Below are positions 50,650-61,479 of a stretch of DNA of 64,000 bases, in pieces. Origin of the DNA: Camelus dromedarius (taxonomy: Eukaryota); the NCBI RefSeq assembly GCF_036321535.1, contig NC_087451.1, forward strand, positions 15,500,001 to 15,564,000. The letters run 5' to 3'. Position numbers and translations under genes: made by a program. The first letter of the stretch is position 1. Every line of letters begins with the position of its first letter. The notes beneath the pieces were generated by a model. That model worked only from the letters and a program-made list of their open reading frames with translations. It did not search any database and was not told the origin of the DNA.

Positions 50650-51990
50650 AGAGAACGGGGGGGAAAAGGAACAACAGTAATAATCTAAGATGTAACAGTG
50701 AAAAAAAAACTCTCTTGAAAGAAGAAAGAGGCAGATCTACAAATCAAAAGGGGTTTTCTGTGTTATGAAAAAAAACTGTAACAAAGGTCAGCTAATACAA
50801 AAACAAAATCTGATGAAGTTATGAAATTTAAAGTTTGTAGAAATAATCCTATGAGCTTCAGGTGAGGAGAAGACAGCCCATATAAGGGGCAGAGGGAAGA
50901 GGGAGTAGTCAGCCTTATTCAGAATTTTCCACATTTATTTTGGAAAATTGGGAAACAGAAGTCCACAAAATTCTAAGTTGTCCTTCAGATATAAGGAAAA
51001 TCTGAAATATGTGAAAATTCAAGAAATACAGCATTCAGGTACCATTTTTATTTTTAAAATGACTTGAAGATATAATCCAACTAATCAAGGAATTAATGAA
51101 AGTAAAGAGCTCAAAAATTTTAAAGCCATAATATTAAAAGAACAGTGGGGAGAATTCTGTTTAACATTACTAAAGTAAGAAAAATACATTGTGATAATAA
51201 ATGCACACAACATGCATTATCTTTTAATAGAAAAAATGAATTTCAAGTGAATGACATTAAAGAAACCAAAATGCATTGCTATAAATAAAGAGCATAAAAA
51301 GATCCCTTTGGGATCAGGGCAGGTTAGATAAGACACGGTAGATATGAGAATACAATAGGGGAAAATGATGTGGCAGAGAGAGAATGATGTGAACGTCTGA
51401 CAGGGATAGGTAAGTAAGAGATATATATAGATCGATGGGACAGAACTAAATCCATCTATACATGGTCAACTGACTTTATACACAGGTACCCAGGTAATTC
51501 AGTGGAGGAAAAGAGTATTTTTCAACAAGTCATAATCTTCAAAAACTGGGTACAATTCAAATGTCTATCAAAAGGTGAATGAGTGAACAAATTGTGCTAT
51601 ATTTATACAATGGAAAACTAATCAGTAATAAAAAAAACAAACTACATATACACAGAATTATATAGCTTAATCTACAAAACATTGAGCAGTGCTAAAGACA
51701 CCAGATGCAAAAGAGTACATACTAAATGATTCTATTTAATAAAGTTCTAAATCAGGCAAATCTCACCTATAGTGATAAAAATCAGATAGAAATCAGACCA
51801 GTGGTAGAGGACGCGAGCTTGATTGCAAGGGGTCACAGCAGATTGTGAGGTGGTGAAATTATTCCAGAATTGGATTTGGGTGAAGATTGTATGGATGCTT
51901 ATAAGTGTCAAAATTCACTGAACTGTGCATTTTAAATGGGCACATTTTCTTGTATGTAAACTATACTTCAAGAAAATTGAAATGTACGTG
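50650..51990 (+). mobile_element. Old L1 (L1MD/ME-type) fragments
   Basis: catggtcaactgactttatacacagg, caattcaaatgtctatcaaaaggtgaatgagtgaacaaattgtg, gtcaaaattcactgaactgtgcatttt. Confidence 0.7.
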
Positions 51991-53321
51991 CGTGCTCCTA
52001 TTCCCACATCCTTGCTATTATTATAGGAAGTCAATCATTTATACATTTGTCATTTCTGCAGTAATTCAATTATCACTTGTTTTTTTCAGCTTGCTTTTTC
52101 CTGGTTAGCACTGAAGTTGAACATCTTTTCACAAGATATAGAATAAAGGACAAGCACAGACATGGCAGAAAGTAAAGAGTTCAATGTTATGCACATTGAG
52201 ATCGAACTGCTCATAGAACCTCAAGTGGAGATGTCCACTGAGAAGATGAGAATAACAGCTGAGAGCTCTGGAGAAAGATCTGGACTTCAGATAGAAATGT
52301 GGAGGTCACCAGAATATATGAGAGAATTAAAGTGGTGAGTTTGGATGCCACAAATGAATCAATGTTGGAAATCTAGTCCATGCCATAAATGGAGCTAAGA
52401 GTTTTCCTTTCTTTCTTTTTTGAACAGCTGCTCCCCTTCTTTCTGAAGTGGAAGAAAAAGAAGACACCACAGAATCACATAGTCCAGGATATTATACAGA
52501 ATCAACAGCTGATACACTATATGACTTAGCAAGTAACTGAATGTCGTATTTTTCAGCCAGTAAAATAGTGATCAATCTTTTCTACTTTCTTAGAATTGTC
52601 ATGAAAGTAGAATAAAAACATAGGTATAGAGTTCTTTATAAAGTCCAAAATACCAGACAGAAGAGAGACATCTGAACCTGTTTGCAAGATTCTAGCTTTT
52701 TTTCCCTTTCCTAGGGAAAGAAACAAATTCTAGGGCTCCTGGGTATTACTTATTCCCAGCTAAAACCAAAATACACTTTTGTAGAAAAGGGGTTAGAAAA
52801 ATCCATTTCAGGTCAGGCCACATCAGCAAACATATATAGACATAAAAATGAATCAGAGGGAAAAAAAGTTAAGATACAAAATGATGTGAAACTTGTGCAA
52901 GAAGAGAGTAGGAGACATTTAGAGTGAGGTTGGGAGGATGAGAAGATTGGCTCTTGTTTAGCATTGACCTAAGAGTATAGAGAATTATTTTAAAATAATA
53001 CCACAATCAAAGCAGAGTTCTGGCTTAAAAAAAAATCTCCTGTATTAAATTAGTTTAAGCATGCAAGGCATGAAGATAATTTAAAGTAACAAATTTTAAA
53101 ATACACTTTTCCAGGGTCCCCTAGGGAAAACAAAGAGGAAGGCCTAGCTAGAAAGTCACCAAGACCCCCTTCCCTAGTTCAACTATGCAACTACATTTTA
53201 CATATTGAACAATTATGTACTGTGTCATTTTAACAAAAGTTTCCATGGTGAGGAGACAATCTGGACTCATATTCCAATATTAATATATCTACTAGATAAA
53301 ATTTTGTAGAAATCCCAAGCT

Positions 53322-54272
53322 TTACCACGGCAGAGAGAAGTGAATTTTCTTTTTGCAAAAGACTCTTCCCAGGGCTCCCTTCATGTCTCTGTTCCTCAGG
53401 CTGTAGATGAAGGGGTTCAGCATGGGGGTCACCACAGTGTACATCATAGACATGACAGTCTCCTTAACAGTAGAATTACTAGCTGATGGGCATAAGTAGA
53501 GACCAATGATTGTCCCATAAAACAGGGACACCACAGAGAGGTGGGAGCCACAGGTGGAGAAAACTTTGCAGATGGCCCTGGCAGAAGGAACCTTGAGGAT
53601 GGAGGAGATAATTTGTGCATAGGACATGATGATGAGTAAGAACGGGATGATGATGATGAGTCCACCAATAACAAATATCACCAACTCATTAACTCGAGTG
53701 TCAGAGCAGGACAGCTTCAGAAGAGCAGACATATCACAGAAAAAGTGGGGGATCACGTTGTCCACACAAAAAGATAATCTGGCCATGAGCAGGGTGTGTA
53801 ACATGGCATGGAACGTGGTCAACACCCAGGGCAGCACCACCAGGGACAGACAGAGCTTGGGGCTCATGATGGTTGTGTAGTGCAGGGGGAAGCAGATGGC
53901 CACATAGCGGTCATAGGCCATGGACACAAGGAGGAAGTCTGCCAGGTCTGCAAAAAACAGGAAGAAGTACATTTGGGTCAAGCAGCCAGCATAGGGGATG
54001 GATGGGAATTCGCTCTGCATGTTCTGCAGCAATTTGGGCATTGTGACAGAGGAGAAGCAGAGGTCAGAGAAAGACAAATTGCCGAGAAACAAATACATGG
54101 ATGTGTGGAGATGGGAGTCCAGGCAAATAAGGAGGATGATGAGAAGGTTCCCCAGGACAGTGGTAACATACATGGTCAGGAACAGGGCATAGAGCAGGTT
54201 TTGCTGCTCTGACTCGATGGGCAGGCCCAGGAGGAGGAACTCTGAGACAACAGTTTGATTCTTTCCTGTCAT
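53322..54272 (-). CDS. OR1E: Olfactory receptor, family 1E (OR1E1/1E2-like), 316 aa, intact
   Basis: NQT sequon, [42 protein letters not shown]; acceptor ttcttcctaaag 16 nt before the ATG. Confidence 0.96.
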   Translation of the reverse strand: MTGKNQTVVSEFLLLGLPIESEQQNLLYALFLTMYVTTVLGNLLIILLICLDSHLHTSMYLFLGNLSFSDLCFSSVTMPKLLQNMQSEFPSIPYAGCLTQMYFFLFFADLADFLLVSMAYDRYVAICFPLHYTTIMSPKLCLSLVVLPWVLTTFHAMLHTLLMARLSFCVDNVIPHFFCDMSALLKLSCSDTRVNELVIFVIGGLIIIIPFLLIIMSYAQIISSILKVPSARAICKVFSTCGSHLSVVSLFYGTIIGLYLCPSASNSTVKETVMSMMYTVVTPMLNPFIYSLRNRDMKGALGRVFCKKKIHFSLPW

Positions 54273-54479
54273 GCTCTAACTCCAGTATCTTTAGGAAGAA
54301 ATAATAGTGTCCATGAAAACTTGAATTTAAAAATGAACGTATTTCAATGATACATAGTCTGTTAGATGCTTTGCAAAAATACTTGATCTCACTCTCATCA
54401 CAGTAATGTTAATCGCTATAGTACTCCAAATCTCTATCATCAGAATCTCTATGATGGGAAATGATTTACTTTCTTTAAT

Positions 54480-55700
54480 TCTCTTTTAACATGGAACAAT
54501 ATTCCAACTATTCTAAAACATTCTTGTCCCTTAGCTTCTGAGACACATATTATATTGGTTTTCCTCATACCTGGACAGACATCACGAATAACTGCAATTA
54601 GCTTGTTTTGTCAATATCTTCAAGTTGATGTTCAAGGCTTTTTCCTAAACACTGATCTCCTATAATTCTACATACACCACCAAGAAAAACTCATCTACTC
54701 CAATGGCTTTGATTCCCATTTAAATCTCAGTGCAGATGTTTCTCTAACCTATAAAAGAGTATACTCAATTGTTTAATGATTATCTTTCTTTCAAAGTATC
54801 ACATACATTTTCAGCTAAACAGGTCTCAAAAGAAATTCTTGATCTCCCCTGCCCCTCTGTCAATTCCCTCCTCCTCTAGTCTCCCATATGTCAGAAAAAA
54901 AGAGCTCCAGGTGCTGCAGTCAAAAACCTGAGAGTTTTCTTTCATTCCCTCCTTTCTCTCATTAACATCCAATCTGTCAACAAGATCTATAAATTGTCTT
55001 TCCCATTCATCCACTCTTCATCTACATTGTCACTGCCTTAGATAAGGCTGACATCGTATCTTGTCTGCACTGTTGGGACAACTTATTTCACGTCCCTGCT
55101 TCCATGTTTGAATACCCTCTATGTCAATATTCTTCATCACACTAGGCATTCTGAGATGAAGAACTGATGACCATTCTCCATAAAGTCTTCATGGATTCTC
55201 ATCGATCTTAACATAGTGGCAAATTCCTTAAAGGCAGATTCCTTTCAAAAGGTGATTCATGACCTGACCTTTGCCTAGCTCTATAGCTTCACCTGGCCCC
55301 ACAACTACACTCACATTCCACTCTCCAGCAGAGCTGGACTTAAATGCAACAATCCTGCTCTGGCATTTTGCACCTGCACTATCCCTCCCAGCTAGCATTT
55401 TCTTCCTCTGCTCCCTTTTCAAGTGGCTTGCCTCTGTTTACCCTTCACATATATTACATGTCGCCTACCTAGCAAACCTTCCCTGTCTCCCCAGACTGAT
55501 GAGAACCCACTGCTATGTTTCCAAGCATCCTGTACTTGTCCCCACAGCACTCCATGCCAATGAGATTATTTCTTTATAGCTGTCTTCCCTACCAGATTAT
55601 AATATCCATGTAGGAGAGGCCATGTCTGCCTTCACAACTGCAGCAGAACCAGCACCTGGCACAGTGCCTGGATGTAGGTGCTGTTTCATAAATATTGGTT
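54480..55700 (+). mobile_element. L2 LINE relic
   Basis: catccaatctgtcaacaagatc, tggcaaattccttaa, cagcacctggcacagtgcctgg...cataaatattggttg. Confidence 0.8.
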
Positions 55701-55879
55701 GTGCTTCAGGCTGAGACATGCATGCCTCCAACTTTAAAAGCAACAAAACTCTTTTCAAGTTAGAATCACTACTTCTACTAAATACTCCCAGAACAAGAAC
55801 TCACTAGCCTCAACCACTTACCACTGACGTTGACTTTTTTTTTTTTTTACAAAATTTATGGGTACAATTTTGTCCCCAT

Positions 55880-56030
55880 AGAATATGTTATGGTATCTAA
55901 AACACACTACAATTTCACTAATACAGATGACAGAAATAATAGAGATACATGCAAGTATGTAGATAGATAGAGTTCTCGATATAGATACAATCCCCTATTG
56001 GATCTGCTTCTCTGGAGAGTCCTAATACTC
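55880..56030 (+). mobile_element. MLT2 (ERVL) LTR 3' fragment
   Basis: atcccctattggatctgcttctctggagagtcctaatac matches the MLT2 3' terminus. Confidence 0.6.
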
Positions 56031-56252
56031 CTCAGTGTATCTCAAAGCTGACAAAGCACACGAGAGCATTAAGAGAAGTGGGAATCTCCTGCATTAAAGA
56101 CATAACTGAATCCAACTGCTGGGATTTTCACCCCTTGGTACAGATTGATCCACACCAACAGGTTTTACACACGGACTTAGGTACTGGTATCACTGGGGAG
56201 AAATATCTAGGGAAAACATCATACATCTGATTGCACAGAATTTCGTTTCCCT

Positions 56253-56255
<3 letters not shown>

Positions 56256-56283
<28 letters not shown>
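56256..56283 (+). repeat. Poly(A)28
   Basis: Uninterrupted A run. Confidence 0.95.
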
Positions 56284-56285
<2 letters not shown>

Positions 56286-56392
56286 TGACTCTTGTGTCAA
56301 GAGTATGAGTGAGATCACAGACCAGAGACAGCACTTAAGGATGCTGCCACTGATGATGCAATGAGGTTCTCACCTTCTTCATCTGTTAAGTC

Positions 56393-56615
56393 AGGAGTTC
56401 TCAGTCTGGACTGCACTTAAGAATCACCTAGGGCAGTGCTTCTAAAATGTAATGTCTATGCAAATCACCTTGAAGTTCTGGTTTAACACTATTTCTGACT
56501 CAGCAGGCCCTCCTCTACATTGTAAATTAGCACCCAGGTAATGCCCATGGTATAGTCCATGGACTACACAGTGAGTGGCAAGGACACATGATGCTTTTAA
56601 AAGTAAAGATTACTG
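56393..56615. mobile_element. Nested MER5A/MER5B fragments
   Basis: caggagttctcagtctggactgcacttaagaatcacctagg followed by gcagtgcttctaaaatgtaatgtctatgcaaatcacc. Confidence 0.7.
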
Positions 56616-57013
56616 GACCTGTCAGATACATTTTATCACAATCTTTAAGAGGAAGTCTGTACAAAGGTTTTAAAGCTCCAAGATAATTCTAAAATAAAAC
56701 AAGTGTTCAGAAAACTGTTGCATTAATGCCTATCTCAAGAGCTGTTATTTTGTTGAAATTATGCACATTGTGAAATATCTTATATAGTAAGTAATATTGA
56801 TAAGTGCTATCACTAATAAAAGGATTGTAACTGGTGAACATTAATAAAAATATTTCTCAAATGTGGAGAAATTGTGGGAGGCAGAGACATGGAGAAGAGG
56901 AAGTTTATCAAACCTGAAAAACTTCTGCAGAACATCGTACAACCTGGGAAACCAAGACCCTCAGGTGGGAAGATTCCTAAAAGACCAGCTCGTTGACCCT
57001 CTGGGCAACTTAC

Positions 57014-57260
57014 CCAGTGTGTCTGAGGGAGACTCCAGGACCGTGAACTGAGATCCTGCTCCCCTTTATTCACTAACACATGTGAATAAACAGCCTCTGT
57101 AGTCATCACCTGCGTCTGCAAAATCCCTTCTCATATCTACAATTTTGCACATCCCTGGGCCAAAGGGCCCTAAATCACAAAGGAGTCTAGATCCTGGAGG
57201 AACTCATTAAAGACAAAGCATTACCCAAGGCCTCTCTGGGACAAATGCTCTCAGGGTCCC
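57014..57260 (-). promoter_or_regulatory. Predicted first exon and promoter of the 53322-54272 OR1E gene
   Basis: Donor TGG|GTAAGT at 57014/57013; O/E-like sites at 57152-57160, 57233-57241 and 57249-57257; TAATGAG on the minus strand at 57209-57203. Confidence 0.68.
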
Positions 57261-58039
57261 AGAGCAGTGACTGATTTTAGTCACTGATCATACCTGACTA
57301 CTTTGAGGAGAGGTGAGGATGGAGAAAAGCTCATGTATCAAAACTTAATCACTGTCTGTGTAGGCAGTGAACAGTAGACCTGTGTGGTTGGAACCTACGC
57401 TTTGGGAGGTAAAGGAGGATGGCTTAAGAAGCCATAAAAAGCAGCAGGGAACAGACTGTGAATATACTAAAATATCTGAGGAGTGCAGCAGGCTTTATTC
57501 TGTGGGCAAAAAGAAGCCATCAGTGCTTTGAGCAAAGTGCCAATAAAGACACATAATTTTGGAAAAATTCTCAAGGTGGCAGAATCTCTCAGTACAACCC
57601 AACTTCTCATAAACATACCCAAGGAGAGAAATACCGCCTGCAGCTAACAAGGGGTAGATACCTATGACACCGCCACATGCAGATATACTGAAAGTACTGG
57701 AATAAGAGAAAAGATAAAGTCTCTCTGATCATGTTCAGTTCTTCCTCAAGTCAAGATAGAAAACGAAACCTAGTATGAATCCCACTGAGGTGTTTCTACC
57801 TTCTTACTTCCGTGGGAAAACATTAGTAGCACCTGCCATCACCGTCATCTTTAGTACTTTCCATATGTGTCAGAATACTTCCTGCTTTCCAGCTCTTCCA
57901 TATGCTATAGTAGACCAAGGCCATAGTTAACTTTTACAACATCTTCTTTCACTATTCGTTTCATGTTCTCCTTGGCCATCATCTCAGCTGTATGGGATTC
58001 TTACATGGTCGCATAATGCAAACCTTCCTTCCTAGGTAA

Positions 58040-58350
58040 TCAGCATTCTCTTTGGTCTTGCTTTACCGAGTTGTTATAGTTTTGTTAACACTTGTTTTTA
58101 GACATGAAAAACTAAGTGGTACTCAAAGAATTCCTCAGAATTTCAGACATGGTACTCTCTACTCCAGCTATGGAGCAAACCAGTTTTTCCTTGCTAATCT
58201 ATAGCACCACCCCAGGCTCAATGGTAATGCTACCCTTTGTATAGGGGTTCACATCGGAACCCACAAAATGTCCAGGTGGTAGGCTCCACTTCCAATTCAA
58301 TGAAACCATTGTGACATCCCCTGGTAGAAGCACTGCCCCCTTGAGAACCA
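58040..58350 (-). mobile_element. ERV-L internal relic, dUTPase region
   Basis: Reverse complement tgcttctaccaggggatgtcacaatggtttcattgaattggaagtggagcctaccacctggacatttt resembles the ERVL pol/dUT consensus; no open frame. Confidence 0.65.
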
Positions 58351-58589
58351 TATGAGGAGACACTTCTTGTGCCCCTTTTCAGTTCTCTCAGCCTCATCTT
58401 TTACTCTAGTCATAAAGCCATAGCCAGCTCTGCACTGATTTTAACTAGTTTTAGTACATGCAACTTGACGGCACCTCACCTCAGTTCTACTCCACATGGT
58501 CTTCAGTCCCTGCCCTAGGACTTTTCTGACTCCACAAAACAGGATGTTATAGGAAACGTTCTCAATATGCATACAAATATTCTGGTGTA

Positions 58590-59120
58590 TGATTCATTAA
58601 GAGTGAATTGTTTTTGAGACTGTCAGGTATGCATTGAAGGTTTTCTGTTCACATGGAAATCCAATTTTTCCAGCATCATTGGTTGAAAAGACTACTTTCC
58701 ACCAAGCTGTCTTTGCACCTTTGTCAATGATCAATGGACATGAATCTATTTTGGACTCTATCTGATAATCTGTACTCTCTGTCTTGATCTATACTTCTCT
58801 CATTTCTCTAATACCACAATTTTCTAATTATTTTTAACTATAGTAAACACCTTAAATTTTTTTGCTCCCTGTATGTATTTTACAATCATATTGTCAATTT
58901 GTACTACCAAAAAGTCCTTCTGGAATTTAACTGAAATTGTTTTAAATCCCTAGATCAATTTCAGAAGAGTCAACATCTTAACAATATTGACTCTTCCAAC
59001 CCATGAACATGTTATATCTATCAATTTCTTCAGATTTCTATGAGTTCTTTAGTCACTGTTTCCTAATTTTCAACATAACATATTTTGTGAATTAAATGGT
59101 TGGGTCTATTGTAAATGGTA
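58590..59120 (-). mobile_element. Old L1 ORF2 fragment
   Basis: ccaatttttccagcatcattggttgaaagactactttcc; gagtcaacatcttaacaatattgactcttccaacccatgaaca. Confidence 0.75.
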
Positions 59121-59129
59121 CTTTAAAAA

Positions 59130-60860
59130 TGCAATGTGGAAAGTACAGTCTCCTCAATAAAGCCAGACAGCCACATGCAAAAGAATGAAACTCAACCACT
59201 ATCTTACACAATATACAAAAATTAACTCAGGTGGATTAATGACTCAAACATGAGACTTGAAACCATAAAATTCCTAGAAAAAATATAGGCAGAAAAGCTC
59301 CTTGACATACGTCTTGGAATGATTCTTTGATTTAACACAAAAAAAAAATAAACAGATGGAACTACATCAAACTAAAAAGCTGCTACATAGCAATGGAATT
59401 CATCAACAAAATGAAAAGACAAAGTACTGAATGAAATATTTTCAAATCATATACCTGATAAGAGGTAAATATCAAAAACATATTAAGAACTCATACAACT
59501 CAACAGCAAAAAGACACAATGTGACTTAAAAATGGCAGAGGATTTGAATAGATTTTTCCAAAGACAGATAGATGGTCAACAGGTACACTAAAAGATACTC
59601 AATATCACTAATAATCACAGAAAAGCATGTCAGAACCAAAAGGAAATACCACTTCATACATGTTAGAATGGCTATTACCATAAAGACAAAAAATAAACAA
59701 GTGTTGGTGAGGATGTGGAAAAAAGAGAACACTGTGCACTATTGGTGGGAATGAAAATTGGTGTAGCCACTATGCACAACAATATGAAAGGTCCTCAAAA
59801 AATTTTAAATAGCATTAACATATAATCCAGAAATACCACTTGTGGGTATTTATCAAAAAAAACCCAAAAAAACGCTAACNNNNNNNNNNNNNNNNNNNNN
59901 NNNNNNNNNNNNNNNNNNNNNNNNNNNNNNNNNNNNNNNNNNNNNNNNNNNNNNNNNNNNNNNNNNNNNNNNNNNNNNNNNNNNNNNNNNNNNNNNNNNN
60001 NNNNNNNNNNNNNNNNNNNNNNNNNNNNNNNNNNNNNNNNNNNNNNNNNNNNNNNNNNNNNNNNNNNNNNNNNNNNNNNNNNNNNNNNNNNNNNNNNNNN
60101 NNNNNNNNNNNNNNNNNNNNNNNNNNNNNNNNNNNNNNNNNNNNNNNNNNNNNNNNNNNNNNNNNNNNNNNNNNNNNNNNGATACAGAGAATATACAAGT
60201 GGATGCCAGAGAGCAGCGGGTGGGAGGAAGAAGAGAAATAGGTAAAGGAGATTAAGCGGTACAAACTTCCACTTGCAAAATAAATTTTAAGGATATGAAA
60301 TGTACAATGTAGGGAATATAGTCAATAATTCTGTAATATCTTTGTATGGTGACAGACGGTAATTAGACTTACTATGGTGATCATTTTGAAATGTATAGAA
60401 ATATTGAATCATTATGTTGTGTAACAGAAAATAACATAGGTCAATTATACTTCAAAAACAAGCAAACTCATAGAAAAAGAGATCATGTTTGTGGTTACCA
60501 GAGGTGGAGGGGAGAGGTGAGGGAACTGGATGCAGGTAGTCAAAAAGTATAAACTTCCAGTTATAAGTAAAGTACTAGGGATGTAATTAATGTATGTAAT
60601 ATACAACATGATAAATGTGATTAACCCTGCTGTATGTTATATATGAAAGTTGTCAAGAGAGTAAATACAAACTCTTCTCATCACAAGTAAAAAAAAATGT
60701 GTTTCTATTACTTTAATTTTGTATTTATATGAGATGATGGGGATTCACTAAACTTACTGTGGTAATTATTTCATGATGTAAGTCAAATCATAATGCCGTA
60801 CAACTTAAACTTGTAGAGTGCTGTATGCCAGTTACATCTCAATAAAACTGGAAGAAAAAA
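59130..60860 (+). mobile_element. L1 (L1MA9/laurasiatherian type) ORF2 end and 3' UTR with a 301-nt N gap
   Basis: ccacatgcaaaagaatgaaactc; two successive 3' UTR modules; ends ctcaataaaactggaagaaaaaa. Confidence 0.85.
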
Positions 60861-61479
60861 GTCAGTTGATAATTACTTTTATTTCCATCTGCAAAGGCCC
60901 TTTACAGCAATAAATGGATGGGAATATTAGGGGGACACTTAAGAAATTCACTACCACACTAACCAACTCTTTCAACTGCTGGCCGCTGCACACTTTAGTG
61001 GCAAAGTTCTAAAGCAACAGCTTTATTGAGTTTGTGCTGAAGACTGTGTGTATGATTTAGGGTCTCAGTGACAGAATCTCCATGAAATGTCCTGGGACTT
61101 TCCCTTTACACTCAACACCTGAGGTGACTGTGAAAACCATATATTGAATATTTCAGTGCTTCTGTCACCTGATGGCATGAAGCATAGTGTCCCCATCGCT
61201 CAATGACAACTGAATTTTACATAAGAAAGAAAGAAACACTTGTTGTATCACACCACTGAGATTTCAGGGTTTATTCATTATAGCAAGTCCTCTACCTTCA
61301 GTAACTCATGGAGAATATTAAAATAAATCAGGAAATGTAATACTGAATAGAAAAAGAAAACCTGTATCATCAGTAATCCATTTTTGTAAATACATATATA
61401 CAGACTCACAGAGACACACACATATACACAAACAGTTCCTTGGGTAAATAAGTGGAATATGAATCAAGAAATGTAATAC

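Noticed and set aside
56860-57300. First read as a possible LTR
   Set aside because: No TG...CA termini or TSD. It is better explained as the OR1E first exon and promoter, given its homology to 48051-48207.
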